Virus record (IMG/VR): IMGVR_UViG_3300048588_000891
Span: 3,563-67,562 of that record
Length of the DNA stretch: 64,000 nucleotides
Reading direction: 5' to 3' (one strand)
Source: a virus
Within the stretch, counting starts at the first letter, position 1. Each line of letters opens with the position of its first letter. The notes beneath the pieces were generated by a model. The model did not search any database. It was given only the letters and a program-made list of their open reading frames with translations, and was not told where the DNA came from. Below, piece by piece: positions 1 through 10,019 of this stretch. Both the position numbers and the translations under genes were made by a program.

Positions 1-4
1 AAAT

Positions 5-3000
5 GTGAAAAGAGCGACTGAAGCGCATATAAGGCATCGCGAGGAACTGGACCGGGAGCGCGCAACCATGGAAGCGTCCAGGCGTCCCACAGAAGAGCAG
101 ATTGCGAGGCTTGAAAGGCTCAGAAATGCCCTGAAGGAGTCAAGGGACGCCAAGGCATCAGCTGACCGAATGCTTCGTGGCGCCGAGGGGACACTTGAAG
201 GCAAACGGCAGTTTCTATCCGTGACGCATTCCAGAATTGGAACCCTGGAGTCGGCCCGCAATGCGGCCATTTCGGGGGGCGCTTCCGAGGCGGAAATCCA
301 GCGGATCACCCAGTCGCTGGAAAAGGAAAGGCTCAAAGCCCGGGAGCTTTCCGATGCCATGTATATCTATGAAGCTGAAGTCCGGAGAGCCGCAGCCGCT
401 TCTCTGGAAGCTGCCGCCCGGCTTGATGAGATGAACCGCCAGCTTTCTGAGCAGAAAAAGCTCATGTCAGGCATGCCTACCCAGGAGGAAACGGCCAGAC
501 TCGAAGCCCTGGAAAAGCAGGTTCATGATTCCGGCAAGGCCATGGCCGCGGCCAAAAAGGAGGAAAAGGAGGCCACCGACGCGCATCGCGCGCATGCAAA
601 GGCAGCCTCCCAGGCCGGGGAAAGTCTGGAGCAGCTTGAAAAGAAGGAGCGTGACCATGCGGCCGCCGTGGCAGGAAGTGAGCATCAAATTGAAAAGGCC
701 AGGGAGGCATCCAATCGCTACTCATCATCCCTTCAAAAGCAGGGGCACAATGTCGAGGATCTGACCGAGGCTCAAAGAAGGCACAATCAGTCGGTAGAGC
801 GTCAGCAGTATCTGGCCCGTCGCCAGGAGGAACTGAATGGCCTCCGCGACCGCGCCCAGGATCTAAGGTCACAGGCCATGAGCCATCTTTATTTCACGCT
901 TGGCAGCGGCTATCTCTTTACGGCTCCCCTCAGACATGCCCTCGAATTTGAAAAGGCCATGGTCAGGGTCAAGGCCATGTCAGGTGCCAATTCCGAGGAA
1001 TACCGGCGTTTGAGGGACGAGGCGAGAAGGCTTGGTTCGGAGACCATATTTTCGGCAAGGGAGGTGGCTGAAGCCTATAATGAGTTGGCCACCGCGGGTT
1101 ATCGCACCAATGATATGATCGCGATCATGCCCAGCATGCTGGCTCTTTCGGAAAGCTCGATGACATCCCTCGCCCGCACGGCCGAGATCACAAGCGAAGT
1201 GCTGCAGGGCTTTCGGATCGATGTCTCGGAGATGGCCAGAGTCGGTGATGCTCTGACGGCCGCCTACTCATCATCGGCATCCAGCCTTGAATCACTCGGG
1301 GAAATGCTGAAATACGCGGCGGCTCCGGCCGTTGATGTCGGCTCGTCCCTTGAGCAGACCCTCGCCGCATCATCCATTCTTCACAACACCGGCATCAAGG
1401 GATCCATGGCGGGAACGAGCATGCGGGCCATATTCCTTCGGATGGCCAAGCCTCCCAAGGAGCTGAAGAAAGTTCTTGATGCCATGGATATCAGTACGGT
1501 GGACAAGGATAAAAATGTTCGGAACTGGATGGATGTGCTATCGGATATCAATCTAAAGCTCAAGGGCGCGGGCAGCGCAAAACGCGCCGCTGTCTCCAAG
1601 GCCATTGGCGGCGAGGATCACGCGCCGGCCGCATCGAATCTTCTGGCTGCCGTCGATAGCGGTGCGCTCCGTTTCATGGAAAAGACCTTGAAACTCGCCG
1701 GCCCATTCAACCTTATGGCCAAAAGGCTTCTTTCCATGCCCGATGCGGAGCTGCAAAAGGTTGCGAACAGCCTTGGAGTGAAGCTCAGGAGGGCCATGAG
1801 TGGAGGCGGTATGGCCCTGGCTTTTGCGGAGTCCCTGAAAGGTCTCAAGGGATCAGATTTTGACCGGCAAATGCAAAGGATATTCACCGAGCTGAAGCTG
1901 ACGCCGAAGCTGGCGGATATCAGGCCCGATGAGTTTATCGGCACCGGCAAAAACGTGGACAACGCTTTAAAAAGCCTTCAAATCAGCCGCACCAAACCTC
2001 TTGGGGGAACGAAGACCAGCGAGGAGCTGACATCCGAGATCAAAACGCGCATTCAGATGCTGCCCGTATCCGAGCAGCTGAAATTCATCGAAATATTCTT
2101 CTCGCGCACGCGGAGCGGGGTGAGAGAGCTTTTCACCGAGTTTCAAAAGGGCGGAAAGAATGCGGACCAGCTACTGAAAGGACTTGATGAAGTTCTCAAC
2201 ATGGAAAAGGCAAAGAAGGGCCTCAGCGAATCGACCATCAATGATCTTAAAAAGCTGGAAAGCGCCTGGGATGACATCAAAATCTCGCTCGGAAACTCCC
2301 TGATCCCCATGCTGAAGGACCTTCTTGTCTCAATTCAGCCCATCGTCGATGGCCTGGGCAAATGGCTGAGGGAGAACCAGACGATGGCCAAAAACATCAT
2401 GCTCGGCGTTGGATCTCTCTTCGCATTCAGCGCGGCCATGGCCGCAGCAAAATTTGCGCTTTCAGGCTTTGTTGACCTTTGGCGTGTGGGGAAATGGGGC
2501 GCTGGACTTTTCGGACCTGGCACCCGTGGTCGTGCAGGTCTGGGCTGGCTTAAGACCGGCCTTGGAATTGGAAGAAATTTTCTTCTGGAAGGGCTCGTCA
2601 AATCAGGCTCCCTTGCCCGCTCCTCGCTCGGCATGATCATGAACGCCGCCCGCGCGGCAGGCGCTGCGCTTCTTGCGATGGGGCCTGCCGGCTGGGCTGT
2701 GGCGGCAGCCGTTGCGGCTGTGGCGGCAGCCGGGATTTATCTCTGGCGGAACTGGGATGAGATAGGACCAAAGCTGAAAAAAACCTGGGCCGGAATAAAA
2801 GCCTGGTTTCAGAATCTCTGGGGATCGATTGCCAATACCGCGGGCGCCGCCTGGGGCTGGATTCTCGAAAGAATCAGCATGGATCCTCTCATCTGGGTGA
2901 GGGAAAAGTGGGAGCGTTTCCTTCTATTTTTCAAAGGGATTTACGCGCGAATCAGGCCCTATATCTCAGGGATTTTCCCATGGATGGAGAATGCCGGATC

Positions 3001-3292
3001 CGATATCAAAGGCTTTCTGTCAGACGCCGCCACTGCCGGGAAAACCGTGCTCGGGAGCATGTTTGATTTTTCAGGATTCAAGTATGTGGCGCCACCATCA
3101 GAGGTGATTGAGAAGGCAGCTGCTGACACAAAAGTCACTCAGCGCAATGTGATCACGGTCAACGCCACGATTCATGTGGAGGCCGCAGCGGCAGCACCGC
3201 TGCAGGTGGCCAGCAGAATCAAAGGCGAGATCCAGTCAGCCTTCCGTAACGTCCCTTCGTTTTCATTTCTTGATCCTGTTGTGGTGAGCTGA
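5..3292 (+). CDS. Phage tail tape measure protein (5' truncated by window edge)
   Basis: Long coiled-coil N-terminus; TP901-type core (FEKAMVRVKAMSGA...ARRLGSETIFSAREVAEA...GIKGSMAGTSMR); Ala/Gly/Trp-rich C-terminus; followed by gpU/gpX/gpD-like genes. Frame is open from the window start. Confidence 0.95.
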   Translation: MKRATEAHIRHREELDRERATMEASRRPTEEQIARLERLRNALKESRDAKASADRMLRGAEGTLEGKRQFLSVTHSRIGTLESARNAAISGGASEAEIQRITQSLEKERLKARELSDAMYIYEAEVRRAAAASLEAAARLDEMNRQLSEQKKLMSGMPTQEETARLEALEKQVHDSGKAMAAAKKEEKEATDAHRAHAKAASQAGESLEQLEKKERDHAAAVAGSEHQIEKAREASNRYSSSLQKQGHNVEDLTEAQRRHNQSVERQQYLARRQEELNGLRDRAQDLRSQAMSHLYFTLGSGYLFTAPLRHALEFEKAMVRVKAMSGANSEEYRRLRDEARRLGSETIFSAREVAEAYNELATAGYRTNDMIAIMPSMLALSESSMTSLARTAEITSEVLQGFRIDVSEMARVGDALTAAYSSSASSLESLGEMLKYAAAPAVDVGSSLEQTLAASSILHNTGIKGSMAGTSMRAIFLRMAKPPKELKKVLDAMDISTVDKDKNVRNWMDVLSDINLKLKGAGSAKRAAVSKAIGGEDHAPAASNLLAAVDSGALRFMEKTLKLAGPFNLMAKRLLSMPDAELQKVANSLGVKLRRAMSGGGMALAFAESLKGLKGSDFDRQMQRIFTELKLTPKLADIRPDEFIGTGKNVDNALKSLQISRTKPLGGTKTSEELTSEIKTRIQMLPVSEQLKFIEIFFSRTRSGVRELFTEFQKGGKNADQLLKGLDEVLNMEKAKKGLSESTINDLKKLESAWDDIKISLGNSLIPMLKDLLVSIQPIVDGLGKWLRENQTMAKNIMLGVGSLFAFSAAMAAAKFALSGFVDLWRVGKWGAGLFGPGTRGRAGLGWLKTGLGIGRNFLLEGLVKSGSLARSSLGMIMNAARAAGAALLAMGPAGWAVAAAVAAVAAAGIYLWRNWDEIGPKLKKTWAGIKAWFQNLWGSIANTAGAAWGWILERISMDPLIWVREKWERFLLFFKGIYARIRPYISGIFPWMENAGSDIKGFLSDAATAGKTVLGSMFDFSGFKYVAPPSEVIEKAAADTKVTQRNVITVNATIHVEAAAAAPLQVASRIKGEIQSAFRNVPSFSFLDPVVVS

Positions 3293-3295
3293 AAG

Positions 3296-3736
3296 ATGGC
3301 GTTTGATCCCATTCCGCTTTTCAAAAAAGAGGTCTTTGCAAGGCTCGGGGACTTCAGTTTCGAGCTTCTGACGCTTTCCCCTGAGAAGGTTGAGCGGGAA
3401 ACGGGCTACAGGTGGGTGAAGCAGGAGCCCATCGGCGCGCCTGCCATTCACCAGTATATCGGGGCCTTGGGAAAAACCACGGGACCATCCGAGGATAAAC
3501 TGACCATTGCCGGTATTCTGCACCCGGAATTTTCCGGACGGATTGATCACTTGAAAAGGCTGCGGGACATGGCCGCCACGGGAAGGCCGCAGCGGCTCAT
3601 CTATGCCGACACCCAGATCGGGCAGAACATGGGCCTATGGATCATTCAGAAGATCAAGGAATCACGCTCGATCTTTTATGGCGACGGCATTCCGCGACGC
3701 ATTGAATTCAGCCTGGAGCTTGAGTTTTATGGCTGA
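3296..3736 (+). CDS. P2 gpU-like tail protein
   Basis: LGDFSF...YRWVKQEPIG...QYIG...LTIAG...G.W.I..I.E..S.FY.DG.PRRIEFSLEL pattern; directly after the tape measure gene. Confidence 0.88.
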   Translation: MAFDPIPLFKKEVFARLGDFSFELLTLSPEKVERETGYRWVKQEPIGAPAIHQYIGALGKTTGPSEDKLTIAGILHPEFSGRIDHLKRLRDMAATGRPQRLIYADTQIGQNMGLWIIQKIKESRSIFYGDGIPRRIEFSLELEFYG

Positions 3737-3956
3737 ATGGCAGCTCAGGGATGGGGATGCCGTCGACCACATCTGCTGGAAGCATTATGGGGATCTTCCC
3801 GGCGCACTCGAAGCTGTACTGAGAGCCAACTGGGAAAGGCTTCATCTTTTCGATGATCTTGGAACGGTGAAGCCCCTTCAAAGCAAGGCTTTCATAAGCC
3901 TTCCCGACTTGAAACGACCAACCAATATTTCAAACAGCATAAGGCTATTCGAATGA
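3729..3956 (+). CDS. P2 gpX-like tail protein (LysM-like)
   Basis: RDGDAVDHICWKHYG...LEAVLRAN motif; ATG at 3729 overlaps the gpU end. Confidence 0.88.
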   Translation: MAEWQLRDGDAVDHICWKHYGDLPGALEAVLRANWERLHLFDDLGTVKPLQSKAFISLPDLKRPTNISNSIRLFE

Positions 3957-4912
3957 TTCCAAACTTTCGTATTGAAACAAGTGGCAAGGATCTGACCGAG
4001 GCGATCCGCTCGCGGCTTTTAAAACTGACGGTCAAGGACGAGGCATCCTGGAAGTCTGATGTGATGACCCTGGAGCTGATCGACGATGGCATCGAATGGC
4101 CAAAGGCCGGCCAGGAGTTTTCCGTGGCGCTCGGTTATGACAACGTCCTGACCAGTGTCGGGCGCTTTGCCACAAAGCATGTCGGTGTAGCCATGGATGG
4201 AAAGCGGATCCTTAAAATTGAGGCCGCGGCCATGGAGCAGAGCTCATCTCTTAAGAGTCAGCGGGAGCAGTCCTGGGACGGGACCACGCTTGGTGCCATC
4301 ACGGAGAAGATCGCACGAAGGAATGGGCTCAAACCGGCGATCTTTGATGAGCTGAAATCCATTGTGATTGAACACGAGGACCAGACCGAGTCCGATCTGG
4401 CTTTCCTTTGCCGGCTTGGGAGGCGGCATGATCTTACGGTCAAAGTCAGCGGCCGCTATCTGATGCTGACTCCCACTGACAAAAGCGGAGCAGACCCGGA
4501 CGGCACCATCCCTGTCATCCGGATCGAAAAGCCAATCCGGTTTGAATACTCAGGCGATCAAACGAGCCGCTACACCGGGGTCCGTGCCTTCTGGTACGAC
4601 AATGACACCGGGGAGAAGCGTCATGTCATGTACGGCAAAGAGGGGGTTGTCCTTGAACTTGAGTACAACAAGATCACGGAAGCTGGCGCAAGCAAGGCGG
4701 CCGAGGCAAAGTTTCGTGAAGTGGTACGAAAAGGGAAGACCCTCACACTTACAGTTCCCGGGAACGTGCAGCTGGCTGCCGAGCGGAGAATCGACGTTCA
4801 AGGCCTCGGGGCCGGCATCGATGGGGAATGGGTGATCAGGAGCGTTGAGCATACGATCGACGGATCAGGCTTCGTCAGTGCCGTAGAATGCTCGGTGGAT
4901 GGTTATAAGTAA
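3953..4912 (+). CDS. P2 gpD-like baseplate hub / late control protein
   Basis: LTVKDE...SD.MTLELID; QTESDLAFLCRL; C-terminal GIDGEWVIRSVEHTI; synteny. Confidence 0.92.
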   Translation: MIPNFRIETSGKDLTEAIRSRLLKLTVKDEASWKSDVMTLELIDDGIEWPKAGQEFSVALGYDNVLTSVGRFATKHVGVAMDGKRILKIEAAAMEQSSSLKSQREQSWDGTTLGAITEKIARRNGLKPAIFDELKSIVIEHEDQTESDLAFLCRLGRRHDLTVKVSGRYLMLTPTDKSGADPDGTIPVIRIEKPIRFEYSGDQTSRYTGVRAFWYDNDTGEKRHVMYGKEGVVLELEYNKITEAGASKAAEAKFREVVRKGKTLTLTVPGNVQLAAERRIDVQGLGAGIDGEWVIRSVEHTIDGSGFVSAVECSVDGYK

Positions 4913-4949
4913 ACCCAAGGCGATCCCGCGACCGAAGAGGACAGGAGGC

Positions 4950-4979
4950 ATCTTAAAGTCTCAGGTGCGACTTTAAGAT
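4950..4979. promoter_or_regulatory. Palindromic site, copy 1 of TTAAAGTCGCA-N2-TGCGACTTTAA
   Basis: ATCTTAAAGTCTCAGGTGCGACTTTAAGAT between convergent genes; related copies at 32404 and 38020. Confidence 0.7.
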
Positions 4980-4995
4980 CGAAAAGTCGCCACCA

Positions 4996-5457
4996 TCAGA
5001 CCCCCAGTTCGCCGCGAATCTCAGCCCAGTATTTCTCGATGACAATGTACTGCTTCGGGAGCGGTCGACGCTCCAGCTCCTCATGCCCCCGATAGCCCGC
5101 CGATCGCGCGGCACTGAGAAAGCTCGCGAAGGCAGAAGGCAGTGCGTTTTCCCTCCCATCCTGCGCCCACCTCATCTGAACCTTCAACTGGTATTGAGCC
5201 CGCAAAACCTTGTGGAGAAGACGAAGCCGCTTAGGGTTGACCTTGGCTTTTAGAAGGTATTGTTCATCGCTTGGGTCATGCTTTACGCGCAAAAATTCGG
5301 CGTATCTCTCGCAGAGCTTGCGGACCCCAGTATTCGGCGTCTTCGCCCGTTTTGAAACATCACGAAACGTGAGAGGTTCGGTGCCCAGCTTCTCGCTGAG
5401 CAGCCACAGGGCAGGCGGACGCCCGTAACCGCCTCGGTGGTGCTGGATTGTTTTCAC
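4996..5457 (-). CDS. Small basic putative HTH DNA-binding protein, third gene of the par operon
   Basis: LTFRDVSKRAKTPNTGVRKLCERY resembles an HTH; starts 13 bp after the upstream gene, same strand. Confidence 0.5.
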   Translation of the reverse strand: MKTIQHHRGGYGRPPALWLLSEKLGTEPLTFRDVSKRAKTPNTGVRKLCERYAEFLRVKHDPSDEQYLLKAKVNPKRLRLLHKVLRAQYQLKVQMRWAQDGRENALPSAFASFLSAARSAGYRGHEELERRPLPKQYIVIEKYWAEIRGELGV

Positions 5458-5470
5458 TTAATCGCTCCGC

Positions 5471-6766
5471 CTATGGGATCAAATATGTGTTTCTTCGAGC
5501 AGTCCTCCCTTTCTGCTTTTGAAATAACCCTTTAGCTAGCAAATTGTTGACTAGACGAACTGTGTTGGATGCGTCACTTCCAATAGACTTGGCAATCTCA
5601 GCTAGACTCAATTTAGATCCCGCCTCCCAATCCTTATGGAGGTCTATGAGCACTGTCAGTAGAACCTTCATTTCATTCGCAGACAAGTCGGCCTGGACTG
5701 CTTTTTGTAGGATTTCAACGGCCTTCTGATGAAGGATTCGGACTTTCCGAATGTTCTTTCTATCAATTGGGCTACTTAATGCTGTGCTGTCTTCGCTGAT
5801 ATTATCGTCGTCGACAGCATCATCTATGACAGCATTTGATCGAACACTGTGCTCTAAAACAGTCTCTTTGCTGACAGTGTTCTGGTTAACACTGTCTTGA
5901 GTAAGAGTGTTTAGGAAAACAGTGTTTGATTTGAAAGTATCATCACGAACAGTGTCGTCTTTGATGCTATTTTCACTGATGGTGTTCTGCCCAACACTGT
6001 TATCGACGATGGCGTTTGCCAGCATAGCATCATGTGGGATGTTATTCGTCAGAACAGTATTATCAGGAACACTGTTCTGGACAATATTATCCTTATCAAT
6101 AGTATCCTGAGTAATGCTGTAGGCAGCAACATTATTCGCATTAATGCTATTTGCTGAAACAGTGTTGTCCAGAACAGTATTGTAGGAGATAGGTTTGTTT
6201 TGAATGTTGTCATCAATAATACTGTCGTCAAGAACACTGTTATGCAAAACAGTGTTCTGATCAATAATATTACCATCGCCCGGATGGTAGGCACTCAGAA
6301 CATTATTGCCAGGAACAGTATTATGCCGAACAGTATCATCCGTGACGATATCGGCTCCGGCATTGAACCTGTTTATCGCAATGCTGTTCTCTTCAACAGT
6401 GTTCTGTACGATAGTGTTGGAGTCTACACTGCTGTCCCCCTCTTGAGGTTGTGAATCGACCTCTTTGGAATGGAAGACAGAAACAGTGTTCGCTTGAATG
6501 TTGTCGACCGGTACAGTGTTCTGGGCGATACTGTTTGATAGGATAGGGTCGCTATCCTCTAAATTATTGGAATATTTTACATTTGTGTGATCCGCTGAGG
6601 CTCCAATGCGCTCTTCCATAACAGCATGGCCAGCGGATTTTCCACTTTTGCTTTTCGCCTTTTTCTCAGCGAGTTCTCTTCGTTTGGCCTCTCGCTCGGC
6701 CTTTTGAGCTGCCAGCTGTTCCATTTTTTCTTTGTGACTAATCCCAGCTTTTTCTCGACTAGACAT
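5471..6766 (-). CDS. Putative partition adaptor: basic N-terminus, pentapeptide [ND][TSN][VI]xx repeat region, C-terminal winged HTH
   Basis: Start overlaps parA stop; C-terminal LSANEMKVLL...LSLAEIAKSIGSDASNTVRLVNNLLAKGLF...RNTYLI is wHTH-like; no ParB CTPase GxRR motif. Confidence 0.65.
   Translation of the reverse strand: MSSREKAGISHKEKMEQLAAQKAEREAKRRELAEKKAKSKSGKSAGHAVMEERIGASADHTNVKYSNNLEDSDPILSNSIAQNTVPVDNIQANTVSVFHSKEVDSQPQEGDSSVDSNTIVQNTVEENSIAINRFNAGADIVTDDTVRHNTVPGNNVLSAYHPGDGNIIDQNTVLHNSVLDDSIIDDNIQNKPISYNTVLDNTVSANSINANNVAAYSITQDTIDKDNIVQNSVPDNTVLTNNIPHDAMLANAIVDNSVGQNTISENSIKDDTVRDDTFKSNTVFLNTLTQDSVNQNTVSKETVLEHSVRSNAVIDDAVDDDNISEDSTALSSPIDRKNIRKVRILHQKAVEILQKAVQADLSANEMKVLLTVLIDLHKDWEAGSKLSLAEIAKSIGSDASNTVRLVNNLLAKGLFQKQKGRTARRNTYLIP
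5790..6545. repeat. Degenerate 15-bp-periodic repeat with palindromic core AAYA-N-TRTT inside the adaptor gene
   Basis: Many AACAGTGTT / AACACTGTT / AACAGTATT / AATGCTATT 9-mers in 15-bp register; the antisense frame (ORF 6200..6454) also reads NTV/NSV/NSI. Confidence 0.85.
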
Positions 6767-7844
6767 GAGCCTCAACCTCCTGGGTTGACCGCTTTGCTTG
6801 TCTAAAGGATTTAATTTGTTCAGCCCAGGAACCTAGATCAGCCATCGACCAGACCAAGTCTTCAATTCCCCCAACCGCAGGGCGAGCCTTTGCAGATTTC
6901 CAGACATTACTCTCACTATCAAAGGCATTCTCGAATGGCTTACAACTTGGGATGATCACGTCGGAAACATCTTCACCATATTGCTCTTTCAGTTTTGCAA
7001 TTCGCTCATAGCTAGATGTGCTGCGCCCATCAACCTTGTTGGATACCAAAAGGATCTTAGGCTTGACCTTATATTGGCTATCGACAAACTTGATGTGGTC
7101 GGTCGTCAGCTTTAACCCTTTGAAACTGAACTTGTGAATGTTGACGGGGATGATGCACTGATCTATATAGCAATGAACGGCCATACTCACGCTGTTAAAG
7201 TCACATGGTAAGTCGAATAGAATAAAGTCGTAGTCTGCCTCTATCTTTTCGAGAAGATTTTTGAAGAGATATCCTATGTTGACTTTGCTTTCGTTGACCC
7301 TGAAATCCAAATTCGCCAAACCAATGTCAGCCGGGATCAGGTGCAGGTAGTCGGTCAACTCACAAATGGCGACACTCGGATCATAACGCTTGGGGCGCGC
7401 GAGATACTCCTCGAACAAGTCCTTAAGAGTGATAACCCCTTCCTGCTCATCATCGATCCCAAAAGAGTTTGTAAGGTTGGCCTGTTTATCAACATCAATA
7501 AGAAGAACCTTAAACCCATACGCAGAAAGCTTTGCAGCCACAGTATGAATGATCGACGTCTTGCCAACGCCTCCTTTCACCGAATGTGAGGCTTTTTTGC
7601 CCTTTTTCCTTTTTACTGGCCAGTTGCGAAATCTCAGGATCTCGTTGAGAGCCTTGGGATAGATAATAACCGTATCCTTACCTTTTGTAGCAACTTCGAT
7701 GTCTCCCTCTTTTATGATGCTATGTACCGCTTGAACTGAGATGCCCAGCAGGTCAGAAACCTCTTTAATCGTAAGGAATAGGTCAACAACCTCGGAATTG
7801 TATGCAATCTGAGGTGGAGTCCACCAAGACTCTTTTGTGCTCAT
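6759..7844 (-). CDS. parA: ParA/Soj-family partition ATPase with N-terminal HTH
   Basis: Deviant Walker A KGGVGKTS, VLLIDVDKQANLT, YDFILFDLP; N-terminal LTIKEVSDLLGISVQAV; likely start MSTKESWW at 7844. Confidence 0.93.
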   Translation of the reverse strand: MSTKESWWTPPQIAYNSEVVDLFLTIKEVSDLLGISVQAVHSIIKEGDIEVATKGKDTVIIYPKALNEILRFRNWPVKRKKGKKASHSVKGGVGKTSIIHTVAAKLSAYGFKVLLIDVDKQANLTNSFGIDDEQEGVITLKDLFEEYLARPKRYDPSVAICELTDYLHLIPADIGLANLDFRVNESKVNIGYLFKNLLEKIEADYDFILFDLPCDFNSVSMAVHCYIDQCIIPVNIHKFSFKGLKLTTDHIKFVDSQYKVKPKILLVSNKVDGRSTSSYERIAKLKEQYGEDVSDVIIPSCKPFENAFDSESNVWKSAKARPAVGGIEDLVWSMADLGSWAEQIKSFRQAKRSTQEVEAHV

Positions 7845-8009
7845 TTTACACCCAGCTTTAAAAGTTTTGATATTTTCTATGAATTTTATCAAGTAGCCGT
7901 CGCGATAATAAAGCATGAAGCAATTATAGCAAGTTGATTTCAAAAAGTAGCCGCAAAAAGTCAACATGATGAAGTTTATACGTCGGTTACTATGGCCGTA
8001 GTCAAATGT

Positions 8010-8153
8010 GTTAGTGTTCTCTACGACAGTATTAGCAGCACCAGTGTTACCCGCACCAGTGTCGCCCGCACCAGTGTCGCCCGCACCAGTGTTACCCGCA
8101 CCAGTGTTACCCGCACCAGTGTTACCCGCACCAGTGTTACCCGCACCAGTATT
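8010..8153. repeat. Tandem 15-bp array (ACCAGTGTTACCCGC), 8 near-perfect plus 2 degenerate units; candidate centromere or iterons
   Basis: Units start at 8040, 8055 ... 8145; degenerate cores at 8010 and 8025 in register; lies between divergent parA and rep. Confidence 0.9.
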
Positions 8154-8333
8154 GAAAATGACAACTACCGGATCTGAAGTAAATTCTTAAACTGAGATAC
8201 GTTGCATCTCTCTAACGGGAGACTTCACACAACTAAATTTTAGCCTGTTACGAAACTCACCATTCACGCGCCCTTGCTGAATCTGCCAAGGCTGACGTGA
8301 ACGGATCAGGACCCATTTTGCCTGGAGCCAGGG

Positions 8334-10019
8334 ATGGCCGCTTTTGCTGAAGTGCTTGAATGGAAACCTGGCCGCCGAAATCGCGAACGTCCTGAAACAC
8401 CGGGCGGGAACATTGCTCGCGGGCATCATATCTATGGATACTGGACATATAATGACGACGGCTCCAAGGATCAGGCATTCCCGCTGGGAATGAACCATAA
8501 GGTTTTCCCGAGCCAAGAGAAGCTGATTAGCACGGCTGTATGGAATCCAGGAAAGAAGACTTGGACCCTGCTTTTCATGCAGTTCGATCTCGACTTCAAG
8601 AATGCGAATCCAAAATGGATTCTTGACGGAAAAATTTCCTGGCCATTGGTACAGGAGCATTTGCGGGTACACGAGCCGAAATTTTTTGAAGCGATTGTGT
8701 ATGCTGTCATGTCCACGGGAGGCTGCGGGCTGTCAATCGTCCTTTCGATTGCACCGTTTGTGCTTTGTGACGAGAATAGAACGATCGAATCCCGCGCGTC
8801 GCATCTGCAAACCATGCTCATAAAAATGCTCAATCATCATGGCTTGGGGGCTGACTACAGCGCGGCGGGCCTTAAGCGGTTCATGCCAAATTTTAAGAAC
8901 CCAAGGCGGCTGATTTATGAGAACGCCATCCGACGCAAATGGGTCGAGAATACCCGGCATTTTGTTGTCCGCGAGCTGTACCTGGCTTATCGGGATCACA
9001 TTGCCTGCATCTATATCCGCAAAACGGAGCGATTGGAATCCTTTCTGCACCCTGACTTTCGGGTCGAAAAGAAGCTGGCTAAGCTCTACTTCCAGCTGGA
9101 CTGTGTCATAGCTCCCGGAGGCATCCGGAATTGCTCTTTGAAAGAGATTTGCGAGCTTACAGGCATGTCGCCATCCTCATTCTATCGTTCCGTGCTTGCG
9201 CGGGCCGACGTTCTCAAATGGCTTGAAATCAAACCGCTCGGGGGCCGCAAGGGATATGATCTGAAGTTCCTGGGCAACCCGCATTATGATGCCCGGGTCC
9301 AGGAAATCCTATTTGGGTCCGCGAAGCCGGACCATCGCGAGACAGTTTCCAGGCCGCAGGTCGACTCCGAACCCGCCGACGTCGTAGACGGCGAGCGCAA
9401 CACTTTCCTCTGGCAGTCAGCAGTAAAAATGAAACACGCCCTCATCCCCGAGGAGACGGCGCTGGCTGCGCTTCGGATCATCGCCAGCGGCGTGCCAGGG
9501 TACGGAGGAAGAGACAGCTGGTCTCTGCGTAATCCCGAGCGAATCTGCCGCTCTATCTATAAGTGCCGCCCGCGTGAGGGCAACAGCCCTGTTCTCCGGC
9601 AGCTGCCAGGGTATCTATATATTGCCGTGAAACAGGCAGAAAAGCGGGCAAACCAAGCCAAAAAAGCTTATGCGAAAAATTTAGATGTTGGAACCCTATT
9701 GGGTTCCACATTGTTCGCAGCAGTACCAAGCAGCCCGGAGCGGGAGGTCTCTCGGTTTTCCTCCCAGGCTTTCCCTTCCCACACCCCGGCGGGTGTCAGG
9801 CCGGGGGGTACGGGGGCGGGCCAGGCCCCCGGTCAGGTGGTTGATACCCAACTGCATTCCACCCAGGTGGTTGATACAGAACAGCCTGAAATTTACCCAG
9901 CAGCGGACCGCGCGATTTTTGAACCGGCGCCACAGATTGCTAGGCTGGTAACCGGTGGAATGCCGACGACCGGCTCCGTGCAGTCCCCAGTCGGTCATGC
10001 AGCGGAGGACAAAAACTAA
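8334..10019 (+). CDS. Putative plasmid replication protein (primase-type, PriCT-like domain)
   Basis: FDLD motif, STGGCGL, central HTH (SLKEICELTGMSPSSFYR), PriCT-like DGERNTFLWQSA; divergent from parA next to the repeat array; GGAG RBS. Confidence 0.65.
   Translation: MAAFAEVLEWKPGRRNRERPETPGGNIARGHHIYGYWTYNDDGSKDQAFPLGMNHKVFPSQEKLISTAVWNPGKKTWTLLFMQFDLDFKNANPKWILDGKISWPLVQEHLRVHEPKFFEAIVYAVMSTGGCGLSIVLSIAPFVLCDENRTIESRASHLQTMLIKMLNHHGLGADYSAAGLKRFMPNFKNPRRLIYENAIRRKWVENTRHFVVRELYLAYRDHIACIYIRKTERLESFLHPDFRVEKKLAKLYFQLDCVIAPGGIRNCSLKEICELTGMSPSSFYRSVLARADVLKWLEIKPLGGRKGYDLKFLGNPHYDARVQEILFGSAKPDHRETVSRPQVDSEPADVVDGERNTFLWQSAVKMKHALIPEETALAALRIIASGVPGYGGRDSWSLRNPERICRSIYKCRPREGNSPVLRQLPGYLYIAVKQAEKRANQAKKAYAKNLDVGTLLGSTLFAAVPSSPEREVSRFSSQAFPSHTPAGVRPGGTGAGQAPGQVVDTQLHSTQVVDTEQPEIYPAADRAIFEPAPQIARLVTGGMPTTGSVQSPVGHAAEDKN

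Noticed and set aside
1-4912. Tailocin or eCIS
   Set aside because: A complete head and packaging module is present in the same element.
8010-8153. CRISPR array, or the TRTSV / PAPVL repeat ORFs
   Set aside because: Units are contiguous 15-mers with no unique spacers and no cas genes; the ORFs are by-products of a repeat length divisible by 3.
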